Positions 36,133-49,978 of a stretch of DNA of 64,000 nt are shown in pieces. Location of the stretch: NCBI RefSeq assembly GCF_006345805.1, contig NC_043022.1, forward strand, positions 3,782,001 to 3,846,000. The letters are read 5' to 3'. The stretch comes from Octopus sinensis (Eukaryota). The translations under genes and the position numbers were made by a program. Within the stretch, counting starts at the first letter, position 1, and each line of letters begins with the position of its first letter. Below the pieces are notes generated by a model, which saw only the letters and a program-made list of their open reading frames with translations, had not been told where the DNA came from and made no database searches.

Positions 36133-37837
36133 TGTTTATCTATTACATTATATTATAAGATTATAAAAAAAAATAATATGTTATGTTAATAAATTTTAAT
36201 TTATGAATTGACAATTATACATCCCCATTTTCTATTCATTTTTATAAATTTAATATAAACTCATGTGATTTGTTAAGTTTTTCTCTACAAAAATTGGTAT
36301 TAAACAGTGGAGTCAGTGAAAGATTGGATGTTTTCACCCCTATTTTCCCTGTATATATATACTGTGTGTATATGAAATAATTGGAGATACACAATACAAA
36401 CAATTCAGACACTTGAAGAACTCAATACAATAATGTAGAGTAGATAATGAATTATACTCTACTTTGAAATGACAAAGACTGCTGCTCAAAGTTTCATGTC
36501 TTACTAATTCTTACTGATTTTAGGCCTCGAGAGAAAAAAACTAAGAAGCAATCTTAAGTAAATATACAGAATGAAATACAAAAACATTTGTATATTCTCT
36601 GTAACAATATATAATGTTATAATATAGATAAATATATAATCTTTTAATGCTATGTTATTGTATAAAGGTGTCTGCTATCCACCAACTGGTCTTTTTGACT
36701 TATGATAACAAAAATAACCAATATTTATTGCATGTTAAACAAACAAAAAAAATGTTTGTTTTACAGCAAAGATTAATATATGATGCAGCTATTTGGTTTT
36801 GTTGCTGATATCTGATTGAAAATATTCTAACAAATGTTTTGATTTGCAGTGACATAATGGTATTAATTTTGATGTGTGCTTAGGATGGAGTTTCTGTGAA
36901 ACAAGATGTTTATTTCCTTTTTTTGTATTTTGTTTGCAAGATTCTTGATTTGAACTGAAGTGTTGAAACAGGATTTGTTGCATCTCAAGAGGGTCATTAT
37001 GCCAATAATATATTCACTATTTTCTGAGAGACAAAGACCACAGCTATTGCTACCTTGTTTGAAATGTGTTGCAATGTATATCCACATGATTTTATGGCCT
37101 CTAGCATTGTCTCTGGAGACAAGTTTATCAAAATACATATGTATTGAGATGAACTTGTCTCCAAAGATCTTCCCAAATTTCTAAAAGAATGTTCATACTG
37201 ATTAAATTATTCCTTAAAATTATTCTTAGTCAATCCAATTTTTTTTCTCTTCATCTTTGTTTTTTGGTTTGTTTTTTTTTTTGTGACTGAATTGTCAGCT
37301 ATAAAAATATTTACAAAAGATATGAATCTTTCTAGAATTTATGGTGTTTAGAAGTAGGAAGTATTGTAGATGATTTTCTAAGATTTTTACATGTGATGTT
37401 CGCTATTTCAATGGTTAAAATATGTGCACAGCTGAAACTAAATTTAACCTTATTTCTATTAAAACATCTTAATATTTATGATTCGTTAGGAAATGCTTAA
37501 TTAATAAATAAAAGATTTAACAAATCATGTGCATACATTGAAACCAATGGGGTATTGAACCAAATGTGTGAGTAGGACAGTTCTGTGTGGGTGGGCATTT
37601 GGCTACCGATGAATGCTGAAGAATTTGCATGCATTTGGGGAGGTGAGTTTCTATTTGATTATAATAATTCCCTGTCATTTAATTTTTTTGCTTTCCCTCC
37701 ATGTTTCTCAAACTTTCTGGTATTCCTTCTAGTTTCTTCTCCCTCTGGTACACATCCTCCCTCTGCTAACATTTAACTACCTCACACTTACCCTACCTTT
37801 ATTTCCCTTTCTTTTTCCTTCTCTCTCTTACTGTCAA

Positions 37838-37868
<31 letters not shown>

Positions 37869-37939
37869 ATCTCTATTTATCTATCTACACATCTGTCTAT
37901 TTATATATCAGTCTGCTTACCTATCTACCTATTTTTTTA

Positions 37940-38000
<61 letters not shown>

Positions 38001-38045
38001 GTCTATCTTCCTATCTATCTGTCTGTCTGTCGGTCTATCTGTCTG

Positions 38046-38127
<82 letters not shown>

Positions 38128-38354
38128 AGTCTGTCTGTCTGTCTGTCTACCTACCTACCTCCTTACCAACCTTCCTATCTACCTGCTTATCTCCATCTAT
38201 CCATCTATCTTTTTCCTTCTTTTTCTCTCCCTTGATCTGTGAATGCGTTTTACTCTCCTTCCCCATTGTCCTTTGCCAATTCAGGGTAACATTTCAACTG
38301 TCCTGAGCATTCGTCTATCTTCTCTGCTTTTCATTCCAGAGACTAATGCACATG

Positions 38355-38553
38355 AACACACACACACACACACACACATTCGCAGAGGGTGAGAGAGAGA
38401 GTGACAAAGAGAAAGAGAGGGAGAAACACACATAGTCACAAAGAGAAAGAGAGAGAGAATGAGAGATACACACACACACACAAACACACACAGGAACAGA
38501 GACACACACACACGCACAACATAAAACAGAAACGAACACAAACATGCACAGAC

Positions 38554-38588
<35 letters not shown>

Positions 38589-38781
38589 CACAAACAAACA
38601 CACATTCGCAGAGGGTGATAGAGAGAGAGTGACAAAGAGAAAGAGAGGGAGAAACACACAGAGTCACAAAGAGAAAGAGAGAGAGAATGAGAGATACACA
38701 CACACACAAACACACACAGGAACAGAGACACACACACACACACAACATAAAACAGAAACGAACACACACATGCACAGACAC

Positions 38782-38816
<35 letters not shown>

Positions 38817-38975
38817 CACAAACAAACACACATTCGCAGAGGGTGATAGAGAGAGAGTGACAAAGAGAAAGAGGGGGAGAAACACACAGAGTCACAAAGA
38901 GAAAGAGAGAGAGAATGAGAGATACACACACACACACACAAACACACACAGGAACAGAGATACACACACATGCAC
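38355..38975. repeat. tandem repeat of about 228 bp made of compound CA/GA microsatellite (about 2.7 units)
   Basis: CATTCGCAGAGGGTGA marker recurs with a period of about 228. Confidence 0.9.
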
Positions 38976-40469
38976 ACACACAAACATAAAAAACGCGTTC
39001 ACAAGTGTGTTCACACATTTACACCTAAACACAAACATGTAAAAAGGGAACTCAGCCATTCACTCCCTCCCTCCCTCCACACCACCCATTCCTCCCCCTC
39101 CCCTTCATTTTCACGCAAGACCCCCTCCTCCCTCCTCACCTCCCACCGCCTTATATATTTACCATTCGGTAAAATCCATGAATTCACTCACAGAACAAAT
39201 TTTTTTTTTTGAATTTATAAATTAGAAAATAAAATATTTTGGTTAAAAATTAAAAAAAAAAAACGTAATTCATTTTTATAAAAATTTCGTTCAAACCAGT
39301 TATTCCTAAAACCAATTCTCAATGAGATTTCTACAGAATAAGAGTTTGGGGTGGGGGAAGGGCCATTGTCCAACACTTGACTTTTTCGAAAGGAATTTAC
39401 CGATTCCTTAGAAATGAAGAAATCAAAGATGAATAGAAAGGTCGACATTCCATTGTAGAAGTCTCTCCTATTTTCTTTCTTTTCTTCTTTCTTCTTGTTT
39501 AAACCCCAGGACAATCCTGATCGACCAAACCTTCCATAATTCAAAGTGGTTCCAACCATGGCTCTCCTGTTTTATTTTCCTCATATACAGGACACCTGTC
39601 ATATTATTTAATCTAGCCTTTCTGTTACTAAGACACTAGGTTGTGATTTGAATGTTGTTGTTGCTGTTGTTGTCTTCAGTCATCCCTGATCTTGTATGAT
39701 CAAAGACAATGCCACTTTCTTCATTACCAGCATCCACTACAATCTGTGGAGTGATTGGCATCAGGAAGGTCATCCAGCTGTCAAAGCCAAACCAAAACAG
39801 ACAATTAGAACCTGGTGCATTCCTCTGGCTGGCCAGCTCCTGTCGGACCATCCAACCCATGCCAGCATGGGAAACGGACTTCAAATGATGATGATGATGA
39901 TGATGATGACAACGACAATAGTGGTGGTGATAATGATGATGATGATGATGACGATGACAATGATGATGATGGGGATGATGATGAGGATGATAATGACAAT
40001 GAGGATGGTGATAGTGGTGGTGATGATGATGAGGAGGCGGAGGAAGAGGATAATGATGACGATGTTGGTGATGATGATGATAATAACAATGAGGAAGAGG
40101 TTGATGATGATGATGATGATGACGAGGAGGAAGAGGACGGCGATGATAATAATGATGATGGTGGTGATGATGATAATACATCCATACAGGCTCTGTGGGG
40201 ATGGGCATGTCAAAGAATAAACGCAACATTTCCTCTGCTTGTAGTAAAAGTTGACTAAAAGCGGTTAAGGTAGAATTTCCACTCTGACCTCATAACACCC
40301 TCACTCACAACAACTACCCCAAACCAGCCCATGGGTGGGAAGTGTCATCTGCCAGGAGTATCAGGGATTCACCAACAAATGGTGAATACAGCAATGCACT
40401 GTCATGGCACATTCCCCCGCCCCATCACCCCACACTACTGATAATACTACCACTATACATAAATACATA

Positions 40470-41190
40470 CTAGTGCCGCCTGACTAGCACGAGTGGCACA
40501 TAAAAAGCACCATTCTAGCATGCCCGATGCCAGTTCCACTTGACTGGCACCCATGCTGGTGGCACGTAAAAAGCACCATTCTAGCATGCCCGATGCCAGT
40601 TCCACTTGACTGGCACCCATGCTGGTGGCACGTAAAAAGCACCATTCTAGCATGCCCGATGCCAGTTCCACTTGACTGGCACCATGCGTGGCACGTAAAA
40701 AGCACCATTCTAGCATGCCCGATGCCAGTTCCACTTGACTGGCACCCATGCTGGTGGTACGTAAAAAGCACCATTCTAGCATGCCCGATGCCAGTTCCAC
40801 TTGACTGGCACCCATGCTGGTGGTACGTAAAAAGCACCATTCTAGCATGCCCGATGCCAGTTCCACTTGACTGGCACCCATGCTGGTGGCACGTAAAAAG
40901 CACCATTCAAGTGTGGTTGATGCCGATGCTGCCTGACTAGCTCCTGTTCTGGTGGCGCATAAAATACACCATTCGAGCATGGTTGATGCCAGTACTGCCT
41001 GACTGGCTCCTGTGCCAGTGGCACACAAAAGCACCACTACGCTCACAGAGTAGTTGACGTTAGGAAAGGCATCCAGCTGTAAAAACTTTGCCAGTTCAGA
41101 TTGGAGCCTGGTGCAGCCTAATGGCTTACCAGTCCTCAGTCAAACCATCCAACCCATGCCAGCATGGAAAGCGGATGTTAAACGATGATA
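40470..41190 (+). mobile_element. retroposon family D with an expanded 66-bp array (about 8 units)
   Basis: Six near-identical units TGGCACGTAAAAAGCACCATTCTAGCATGCCCGATGCCAGTTCCACTTGACTGGCACCCATGCTGG, then two diverged units and the family tail. Confidence 0.9.
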
Positions 41191-41634
41191 ATACTGTTGT
41201 ATGGAGATTGGTACGTCAAAGAACAGACCCAACGTTTCCTATGCATGTCACAGAAGGTGACTCAAAGAGACTGAGGTAGGATTTGCTCTCCGACCTCGAA
41301 AAAACCCCTCACCAGCAATGACTGACCCCTTAAACAGACCCATGGTTTGGAGGGTTGTCACCTGAGTAGGGCGAAAGTGTCATCCACCAGGTGTTGTAGG
41401 GCATCACCAACAAATGATGGGGTGCAGCAATGCACTATTACAATGCATGCTCTTCTACAACAACTACGTGCATGTGTGTGCGTACATGCGTGTGTGTATG
41501 CATATACGTGTGAGTGCACAACTTTCCAGCTCGACTGAAGCATCCCCCATCCTCTCTTCTAAAGTATGTGTCATCACGCAGCTCCTCCACAGCAAGAAAC
41601 CTCTTCTACTCCAGCCCCTTTCTCCCCCCACCCC

Positions 41635-41945
41635 ATCATCATCATCATTGTTCGACCGTGGTCGAGACAATGGAATTTACCATGCTACGCCAGACTTCAC
41701 GGTCCATCATGGCATTACAGAGGTCCTGTTGCTGGATGCCTGTATCCATGGAGATTACATCAGGGTAGGAGAGTGTGCGCCCTCTGGTATTGCAAGTAGA
41801 TGGCTTCCAGAGGAGGAGAGTAGGAATTACCCCTTTTTCAGCTCTACAACAATGTCCAGCAAACTGGACTCTCCTACCTTTCACAAGAGATGACACAGGT
41901 GGTAGTTTGCCATATATTTTGGTTGGATGACGCTTCCACGAGAGA
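41635..41945 (-). mobile_element. RTE-clade LINE 3' fragment
   Basis: RRVQFAGHCCRAE...LLLWKP...RGR...AMMDREVWRSMV* followed by a (GAT)n tail. Confidence 0.85.
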
Positions 41946-42531
41946 TTTTACCCTTCCCTTCCCCTCATTCTCTTAGCATAAACTTGCCCCACCTCCATCT
42001 CCGTACAGTTTATAACCTTGCAAGCTGCATGGTGACCTCACTAATGCTGGTGGCGCAAAGCGCTCAGTGCATGTAGCAAAGTGAGAGACATTAGGGAGGG
42101 CATCCAATGCTAGAAGCCTTGTAAAATCAGGCACTGGCACGTGATGCAGTCCCAGGGCCGATTGGTTCCCTTCAAACTATCCAATCCATGTCAATTTGGA
42201 GCATGGATGTTAGTTGATGATGATGATATATCCATATATATATACTTATATACATACACACATAGGGACAAGCGTGGCTGTGTGGTAAAATGCTTGCTTC
42301 CTACCCACATGGTTCCAGGTTCAATCCCACTGCATGGCACCTTGGGCAAGTGTCTTCTCCTATAACCTCGGGTGAACTAAAGCTTTGTGAGTGAATTTGC
42401 TAGATGGAAACTGAAACACGCCAGTCATACATACATACATACATATATATATATATATGTGATCTTTTGAGCACCACCAGCAAAAATATTTTTTCCTCTG
42501 TCTTCCCTTTTTGGGATCTTTCCTTCTCCTT

Positions 42532-42566
42532 GTTTCCGACGAAGAGCTCCGCTCGAAACGTTAAAC
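42532..42566 (+). ncRNA. minimal hammerhead-like motif (CCGACGA core variant)
   Basis: GTTT-CCGACGA-A-GAGC-tcc-GCTC-GAAA-CGTT-AAAC, in an element of about 210 bp between (TA)n tracts. Confidence 0.65.
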
Positions 42567-42931
42567 CCTCCTTCCCTTCTTTCCTGAGCGTCAATAATAC
42601 TTTAATTGTTCCACGTCCTCGCGTTGCTGTTTTTTTCTCTTTTTTTCTGTGTTTTCTTGTTTGGATTAACTATATATATATATATATATATAATAATAAA
42701 TATTAGGGAATAAATCCAAATTTAGAGGGAAAAAATCAGATTTAGGATTAAATCCAATTTTATAGTAAAATATTATAAAATATTATTAGAGACAAAACCA
42801 CTATTTTGCAAAACAAACAAGGAAAGACTTAATCAATACATAAAATTTTAATAAATTATTAAAATTTTATGTATTGATTAAGTCTTTCCTTTGTCTCTAA
42901 TAATATTTTATATATATATATATATACATAT

Positions 42932-42965
<34 letters not shown>

Positions 42966-43432
42966 CTATCATCATTTAACGTCCGCTTTCCATGCTAGCA
43001 TGATGTTATGTATATGTGTGTGTGTCTGTGTTTGTCTCCCCTCACCATCATTTGACAAATGATGTTGGTGTGTTTATGTCCCTGAAACTTAGTGGTTCAG
43101 CAAAGTGACCAATAGAATAAGTACTAGGCTTACAAAGAACAAGTCTTGGGGTCAATTTGTTCAACTAAAGGTGGTGCTCCAGCATGGCCACAGTCAAATG
43201 ACTGAAACATGTAAAAAAATATATACATATATGTATGTATATATACATATATATATATATACACACACGCGATGACAGGTTTCTTCCAGTTTCCATCTAC
43301 CAAATCCACTCACAAGGCTTTAGTTGGCCCAAGACTATACTAGAAGACCTCGCCCAAGATGCCATGCAGTGGGACTGAACCTGGAACCATGTGGTTGGGA
43401 AGCAAGCTTCTTACCACACAGCCACACCTGCA

Positions 43433-43573
<141 letters not shown>

Positions 43574-43586
43574 ATATATATATATA

Positions 43587-43812
43587 TTTCTTACTACCCA
43601 CAATGAGCTAAACACAGAGGGGACAAACAAGGACAGACAAAGGGATTAAGTCGATTACATCGACCCCAGTGCGTAACTGGTACTTAATTTATCGACCCCG
43701 AAAGGATGAAAGGCAAAGTCGACCTCGGCGGAATTTGAACTCGGAACGTAACGACAGACGAAATACGGCTACGCATTTCGCCCGGCGTGCTAACATTCTA
43801 CCAGCTCACCGC

Positions 43813-43813
<1 letters not shown>
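43587..43813 (-). mobile_element. SINE family B
   Basis: Full reverse copy in (TA)n. Confidence 0.9.
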
Positions 43814-43870
<57 letters not shown>

Positions 43871-44149
43871 TATACACACATGCACACACATATATGAATA
43901 CACACACACACATATATGCATATGCATGTATGTAAGTATACACACATGAACATATCATATTTGTATATATATTTAAAACGTGTGTTTTCTGCAGGTGTGT
44001 TTAAAACAGACCCGTTGTGTCATATTACAGGAAGCTCATGTTTACAGCACAATGACCATAAATAGACTTTTGATAATAAATTGATTAATTAAGCATTCAT
44101 TAAATTGAAATAGACTCCCAGAAGTTCTAAAACAAAGCAAATTAGAATG

Positions 44150-45087
44150 TCACCACCACCACAACTATTACCCCTACCACAACCATCACAACTACCACCA
44201 CCACAACAGCCACCAACTACTACCACCACAAGTGCCATCAGCACCACCACCACCAACCACCACCATGACCACCACCACCACAACCACTACCACCACCATT
44301 ACTAATTATCACCACAGCCACCACCACCACAACTATTACCCCTACCACAACCATCACAATTACCACCACCACAACAGCCACCAACTACTACCACCACAAG
44401 TGCCATCAGCACCACCACCACAATACCACCATCACCACAACCACTACCACCACCATTACCAATTATCACCACAGCCACCACCACCACAACTATTACCCCT
44501 ACCACAACCATCACAACTACCACCACCACAAGCACCACCAACTACTACCACCACAAGTGCTATCAGCAGCAGCAGCAGCACCACCACCACCACCAACTAT
44601 CACCACAGCCACCACCACTACCACCATAACTATCACCACTGCCACCACCACCACCACCATACCACCATCACAACAACCACTACCATCACCAACTATCACC
44701 AGAGCCACCACCACTACCACCACAAGTGCCATCAGCACCACCACCACCACCAGAACCATCACAACAACCACTACCACCACCATCACCAAATATCACCACA
44801 GCCACCACCACTACCACCACAACTATCACCACTGCCACCATCACCATGACCACCACCACCACCATACCACCATCACCACAACCACTACCACCACCATTAC
44901 CAACTATCACCACAGCCACCGCCACCACAACTATTACCACTACCACAACCATCACAACTACCACCACCAGAGCCATCACAACAACCACTACCACCACCAT
45001 CACCAACTATCACTACAGCCACCACCACTACCACCACAACTATCACCACTGCCACAACCATCACAACTACCACCACCACCACCACTA
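44150..45087. repeat. degenerate (CAC/ACC)n field with internal block duplications
   Basis: Directly visible; yields poly-T/H/P/V ORFs in most frames. Confidence 0.92.
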
Positions 45088-45621
45088 AAACAACAAGCAC
45101 CACCATCAGTTGTGTAAAACTCCGGTGGGGAATGTTGTATATCATTTAAAATGGATCTGTTAATTTTAAAATTTAAAATATCCAAAAATAAAACACGGAT
45201 TCCAAGCGTTTGTCAGGGACGTTCAAAAGTTCTGGCAGACACGAACAAGAAATTAATTCCCAGTTTCCAATCTTGTCGAGGAATCTTTTGTTCCCAATGT
45301 TTTAAAGCTAAACAAAAGACCAACATACAAAGAATTTCCGTAAATCTTAATTAAAATTTGGTTTTCTTTTAATGTTAATTCTTAATTCCTTGTTTAGAAT
45401 TACATCTGTCAAGAGACTTTGGAAATGGTGATTAAATAGATTTCAGTGCAAATGGGGAAATTATGTGTGTGTATGTGTGTTTGTGTGTGTGTGCATGTGT
45501 GTGTGTGTGAATGTGTGTGTGAGTGTGTGTCTCTGTCTGTGTCTGTGTGAATCTAAGTCAATATATATTTATGCGTGTATGTGTGTGTGTCTATGTGTAT
45601 GTGTGTATGCCTATATATATA

Positions 45622-45843
45622 TGAGGGGATGCTGCAAAAGTTCCTGGCTTTGAGTAAAAGTAGATACAGGATGAGGATCAGTTAATTATGATTTCATTAA
45701 ACATATTCCCCTCCTCTCAGATTCACATACTTATTGCAGCGGTCCTTCAGTTTTTCTAAGCCCTGTAAAGGAACTCGGAAGGTTGGGCCTCCAACCAGGC
45801 CCTTCCCGATACCCTTAAAGATAGGAACTTTTCAGTACTCCCT

Positions 45844-45845
<2 letters not shown>
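45622..45845. mobile_element. mariner-type MITE
   Basis: Degenerate TIRs GAGGGGATGCTGCAAAAGTTCCT / AGGAACTTTTCAGTACTCCCTTG. Confidence 0.65.
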
Positions 45846-45900
<55 letters not shown>

Positions 45901-46046
45901 ATGCGCACACAATTGCACATATACATAACTATATATATTCACATATATATAAATATAGAGGCATAGGTAGGTGGGTTGGTGGGTGAACATATGTATAAAC
46001 AACACACATAAGTGTGCATGTGCATGTGTGTGTGTGTATGTGTGTG

Positions 46047-46078
<32 letters not shown>

Positions 46079-46121
46079 TATATATATTTGTATAGGTATG
46101 TATGTCTGTAAACATATATGC

Positions 46122-46216
<95 letters not shown>

Positions 46217-46218
<2 letters not shown>

Positions 46219-46626
46219 TCTTTCACTCTTTTACTTGTTTCACTCATTTGACTGCGGCCATGCTGGAGCACCGCCTTTAGTCGAGAAAATCGACCCTGGG
46301 ACTTATTCTTTGTAAGCCCAGTACTTATTCTATTGGTCTCTTTGGCCGAACCGCTAAGTGACGGGGACGTAAACACACCAGCATCGGTTGTCAAACAATG
46401 CTAGAGGGACAAACACAGACACACAAACATATACACACACATACATACATATACATATATATGACAGGCTTCTTTCAGTTTCCGTCTACCAAATCCACTC
46501 ACAAGGCTTTGGTTGGTCCGATGCTATAGTAGAAGACACTTGCCCAAGATGCCACGCAGTAGGACTGAACCCGGAACCATGTGGTTGGTTAGCAAGCTAC
46601 TTACCACACAGCCACTCCTGCGCCTA
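46217..46626 (-). mobile_element. SINE family A
   Basis: Full-length reverse copy. Confidence 0.9.
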
Positions 46627-47012
46627 TGTATATTTTTTATTAATATTTAGCAGATGCCCCACTGTGACTCAAGGGCCGAGAGTTTTTATGTGCTGGCGCT
46701 GTAATTCAGTAAGTGCCAACGCACAAAACTCTCAGCCCTCAAGTCACTCTGCTGCTTCTGCTAAATATTAAAAAAAAAATATGTGCTCCAGAATGATCAC
46801 AGCCACATGGCTGAAACTAGTAAAAGAGTATATATTCTTATTTTCAGTTCTATTTCTCCTGCTGGTATCAACATACCTATATGTATATACTTACATATAC
46901 CTACATATATGCATACATATACAAAAAGGGTGAAATATAATTAATTTAATAAAATTAATAAATTTCACCTAGTAGTTTTTTCGGTATGGAAAAGACCATA
47001 TTTGGTAAGAAT

Positions 47013-47267
47013 TATATTAATTATAATAAAGGGTTAATTGCAGCAAGTTGCTCAAAACCACATACCGAAAATATTAGAAATAGCAGCCAAATAGATCACT
47101 ATTTCTACTACCATCTTTGCCATATACGGGTTGCAAATTCTGTTTGTTTGTGGAGACTTTTTTTAATGGTAGTAGAAGTAGTGATCTATTTGGCTGCTAT
47201 TTCTAATATTTTCGGTATGTGGTTTTGAGCAACTTGTTGCAATTAACCCTTTATTATAATTAATATA
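47013..47267. repeat. inverted repeat with 102-bp arms and a 51-nt spacer
   Basis: Arms 47013-47114 and 47166-47267, two mismatches. Confidence 0.92.
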
Positions 47268-47757
47268 TGCATACATATATACATGCATACACACACACAC
47301 ACACACCCTAATTACTATGAAATGACTTGGTGACGAACATGCTTCATTGCATGTGATAAGGAACCAATCACTGCTTTGTGATCACCTTTCTCAGAATGGT
47401 ATAAAATTGTGCCATAACATAATGTAGAATACACATAACAAGGATATATCAGTATAATATGGTAGATACATAACAAATATATTATTGCAAAATATATAAG
47501 ATGTATAGGCTTGTCTCTTCAGGTGCCAGTGCCACTTAGAAAGCAGCGGCGCCAGTGATGCATAAGGGCACCCGTGCTGGTGACACATAAGAAGCACCCA
47601 ACACACTCTGTTGTGTGGTTGGCATCAGGAAGGCATCCAGCCGTAGACACCATGCCACAACAGACAGTTGGAGTCTGGACAATTGCCTGGCTGGCCAGCT
47701 CCATGTTGAACCGTCCAACCCATGCCAGTATGGAAAGCAGATGTTAAATGGTGGTGG

Positions 47758-47807
<50 letters not shown>

Positions 47808-48342
47808 CTGATGATGATGCTGATTATGATGATGATGATGGTGATGATTATGATGATGATGGCGAAATCGTTCAATTTAGTACTGTATAAAACAGTACAT
47901 TGCAAAATGATACAGTAGAAGATAGAACAAATATTTCCCTTGAATAATACTCTACTGATTAAAAAATTAATTCACAAATGAAATCAGACATGGCGGACAT
48001 AGACATAAGAAAATTTGGGGTGGTCATGACTGGAACGACTTATCAAAGCTGAGCTGATACTAAACAACATCAACAATAGACAATATGGTAACATAGGAAG
48101 ATAGCAAGGTGGCAGAAGTGTTAGCATACCAGACAAAATGCATTACAATATTTCGTCGTTTATGTTTTGAGTTCAAATTCTACCAAGATCAACTTAGCCT
48201 TTTATCATTTCAGGGTCAATAAAATAGATACCAGTTATGTACTGGGGGTCAACATAATTGACAAATCCCTTGCCATGAAATTGCTGACCTTATGCCAAAA
48301 CTAGAACCCAATATCATAATGTGATAATAATATGTTATTTGA

Positions 48343-48575
48343 AGGCGGCGAGCTGGCAGAAACGGTAGCACGCCGGGCGAAATGCGTAGCCGTATTTCGT
48401 CTGCCGTTACGTCCTGAGTTCAAATTCCGCCGAGGTCAACTTTGCCTTTCATCCTTTCGGGGTCGATAAATTAAGTACCAGTTACGCACTGGGGTCGATG
48501 TAATCGACTTAATCCGTTTGTCTGTCCTTGTTTGTCCCATCTGTGTTTAGCCCCTTGTGGGTAGTAAAGAAATAG
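48343..48575 (+). mobile_element. SINE family B
   Basis: Full-length copy with a GATAATAATATGTTAT repeat at the flanks. Confidence 0.9.
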
Positions 48576-48670
48576 ATAATAATATGTTATAATACAGTTG
48601 TAGAACTTGCTCAAGGTTTCGATCTTTTATTTAATCTAGCATTTTCTCTTTCTCATTTATTTTTATTCAG

Positions 48671-48804
48671 GCGAAAAACTTGATGGTTTTCGTGAATATT
48701 TGACACAAAAGCTGGAAGCAGACCAGAATAATCAAGAAATGGAGGCCCGCGAAGTGTTGAAGACAATATCTACATTGATACAGCGAGCAAAACATGTAAA
48801 ATGA
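48671..48804 (+). CDS. candidate host exon, unknown product
   Basis: Pyrimidine tract plus TTCAG acceptor, then GEKLDGFREYLTQKLEADQNNQEMEAREVLKTISTLIQRAKHVK* in non-repetitive sequence. Confidence 0.4.
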
Positions 48805-49284
48805 ATTCGGAAACATTCAACAACACGACACAAGTACGGACGTTTCTATTGTATTATCTTATGCTTGTTTCAGCTACCCAGACCGTGGCCATGCTGGAGC
48901 ACTGCCTTGAGAGTTTTAGCCGAATGAATCACCCCTAACGCTTATTATTTCCAAAGTCTGGTTCTTATGTTATCGGTCTCTCTTTTGCTGAACTGCTAAG
49001 TTATGGGGATGTAAACGAACCACCACCTGTTGTCATGTGGTAGCAGAGGACAAACACAAAGACACATGCACGCACACACAGAGAACAAAACATACGCATA
49101 CAGATATATACGACGGGCTTCTGTCAGTCTCCATCTACCATAACCACTCACAAGGCTTTGGTCAACCTAAGGCAACAGTAGAAGGCACTTTCCCAAGGTG
49201 CCACACAGTGGGACTGAACTTGGAACCATGTGAATGGGAAGCAAACTTCTTACCATGCAGCTATGCCTGCACTGATATATATAT

Positions 49285-49687
49285 ATATGCCAACCCCCTC
49301 TGCTTGCGAAGACATGTTGGGGCAAGCGAAATCGAAACCGAATTGAACCAGCCAGGATCCCTGGTCTGGTGGCACGTAAAAAGCACCATCCGACTCGTGG
49401 CCGATGCCAGCACCGCCTCGACTGGCTTCCGTGCCGGTGGCACATAAAATACACCAATCCGACCGTGGCCATTGCCAGCCTCGCCTGGCACCTGTGCAGG
49501 TGGCACGTAAAAAGCACCCACTACACTCACGGAGTGGTTGGCGTTAGGAAGGGCATCCAACTGTAGAAACATTGCCAGATAAGACTGGAGCTGGTGCAGC
49601 CTTCTGGCTTCCCAGATCCCCGGTCGAACCGTCCAACCCATGCTAGCATGGAGAACGGACGTTAAACGATGATGATGATGATGATGA
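49285..49687 (+). mobile_element. retroposon family D with extra 5' sequence
   Basis: Three unit motifs plus the family tail; CpGs intact. Confidence 0.85.
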
Positions 49688-49978
49688 TATATATATATAT
49701 ATATATATATATGAACAAACTACGGGCTTCTTTTAGTTTCCATCTACCATACCCACTCCCAAGGCTTTGGTATGCATGAAGCTATAGTAGAAGACACTTG
49801 CCCAAGGTACCACACAGCAGGACTGAACCTAGAACCATGTGGTTACGAAGCAAGCTTCTTACCACACAGTCTCGCCTACGCCTATATAGCTGTTGAAAAT
49901 CTAATTAATTTTCTCGGAGGAACGTCGTTACTGATGTAATTAGTGACTGCTAGTCTTTTGTATCTTGGCGCCAGTTAG

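Noticed and set aside
39636-40258. Poly-Asp/His/Ser/Met ORFs
   Set aside because: Expansion of the (GAT)n tail of a family D copy; the same is seen at 47750-47860.
40494-41040. CRISPR-like repeat-spacer array or 22-aa repeat protein
   Set aside because: The would-be spacers are near-identical to each other, there are no cas genes, and the context is a eukaryotic retroposon; it is a tandem repeat.
43995-44080. Possible short terminal exon (CTGCAG|...TAG, AATAAA), and similar candidates at about 36767 (+) and 24217-24249 (-)
   Set aside because: Too short to distinguish from chance splice-like motifs in AT-rich DNA.
44232-45145. Mucin-like or His-rich ORFs
   Set aside because: The (CAC)n-derived field is open in nearly all frames, with no convincing splice or start context.
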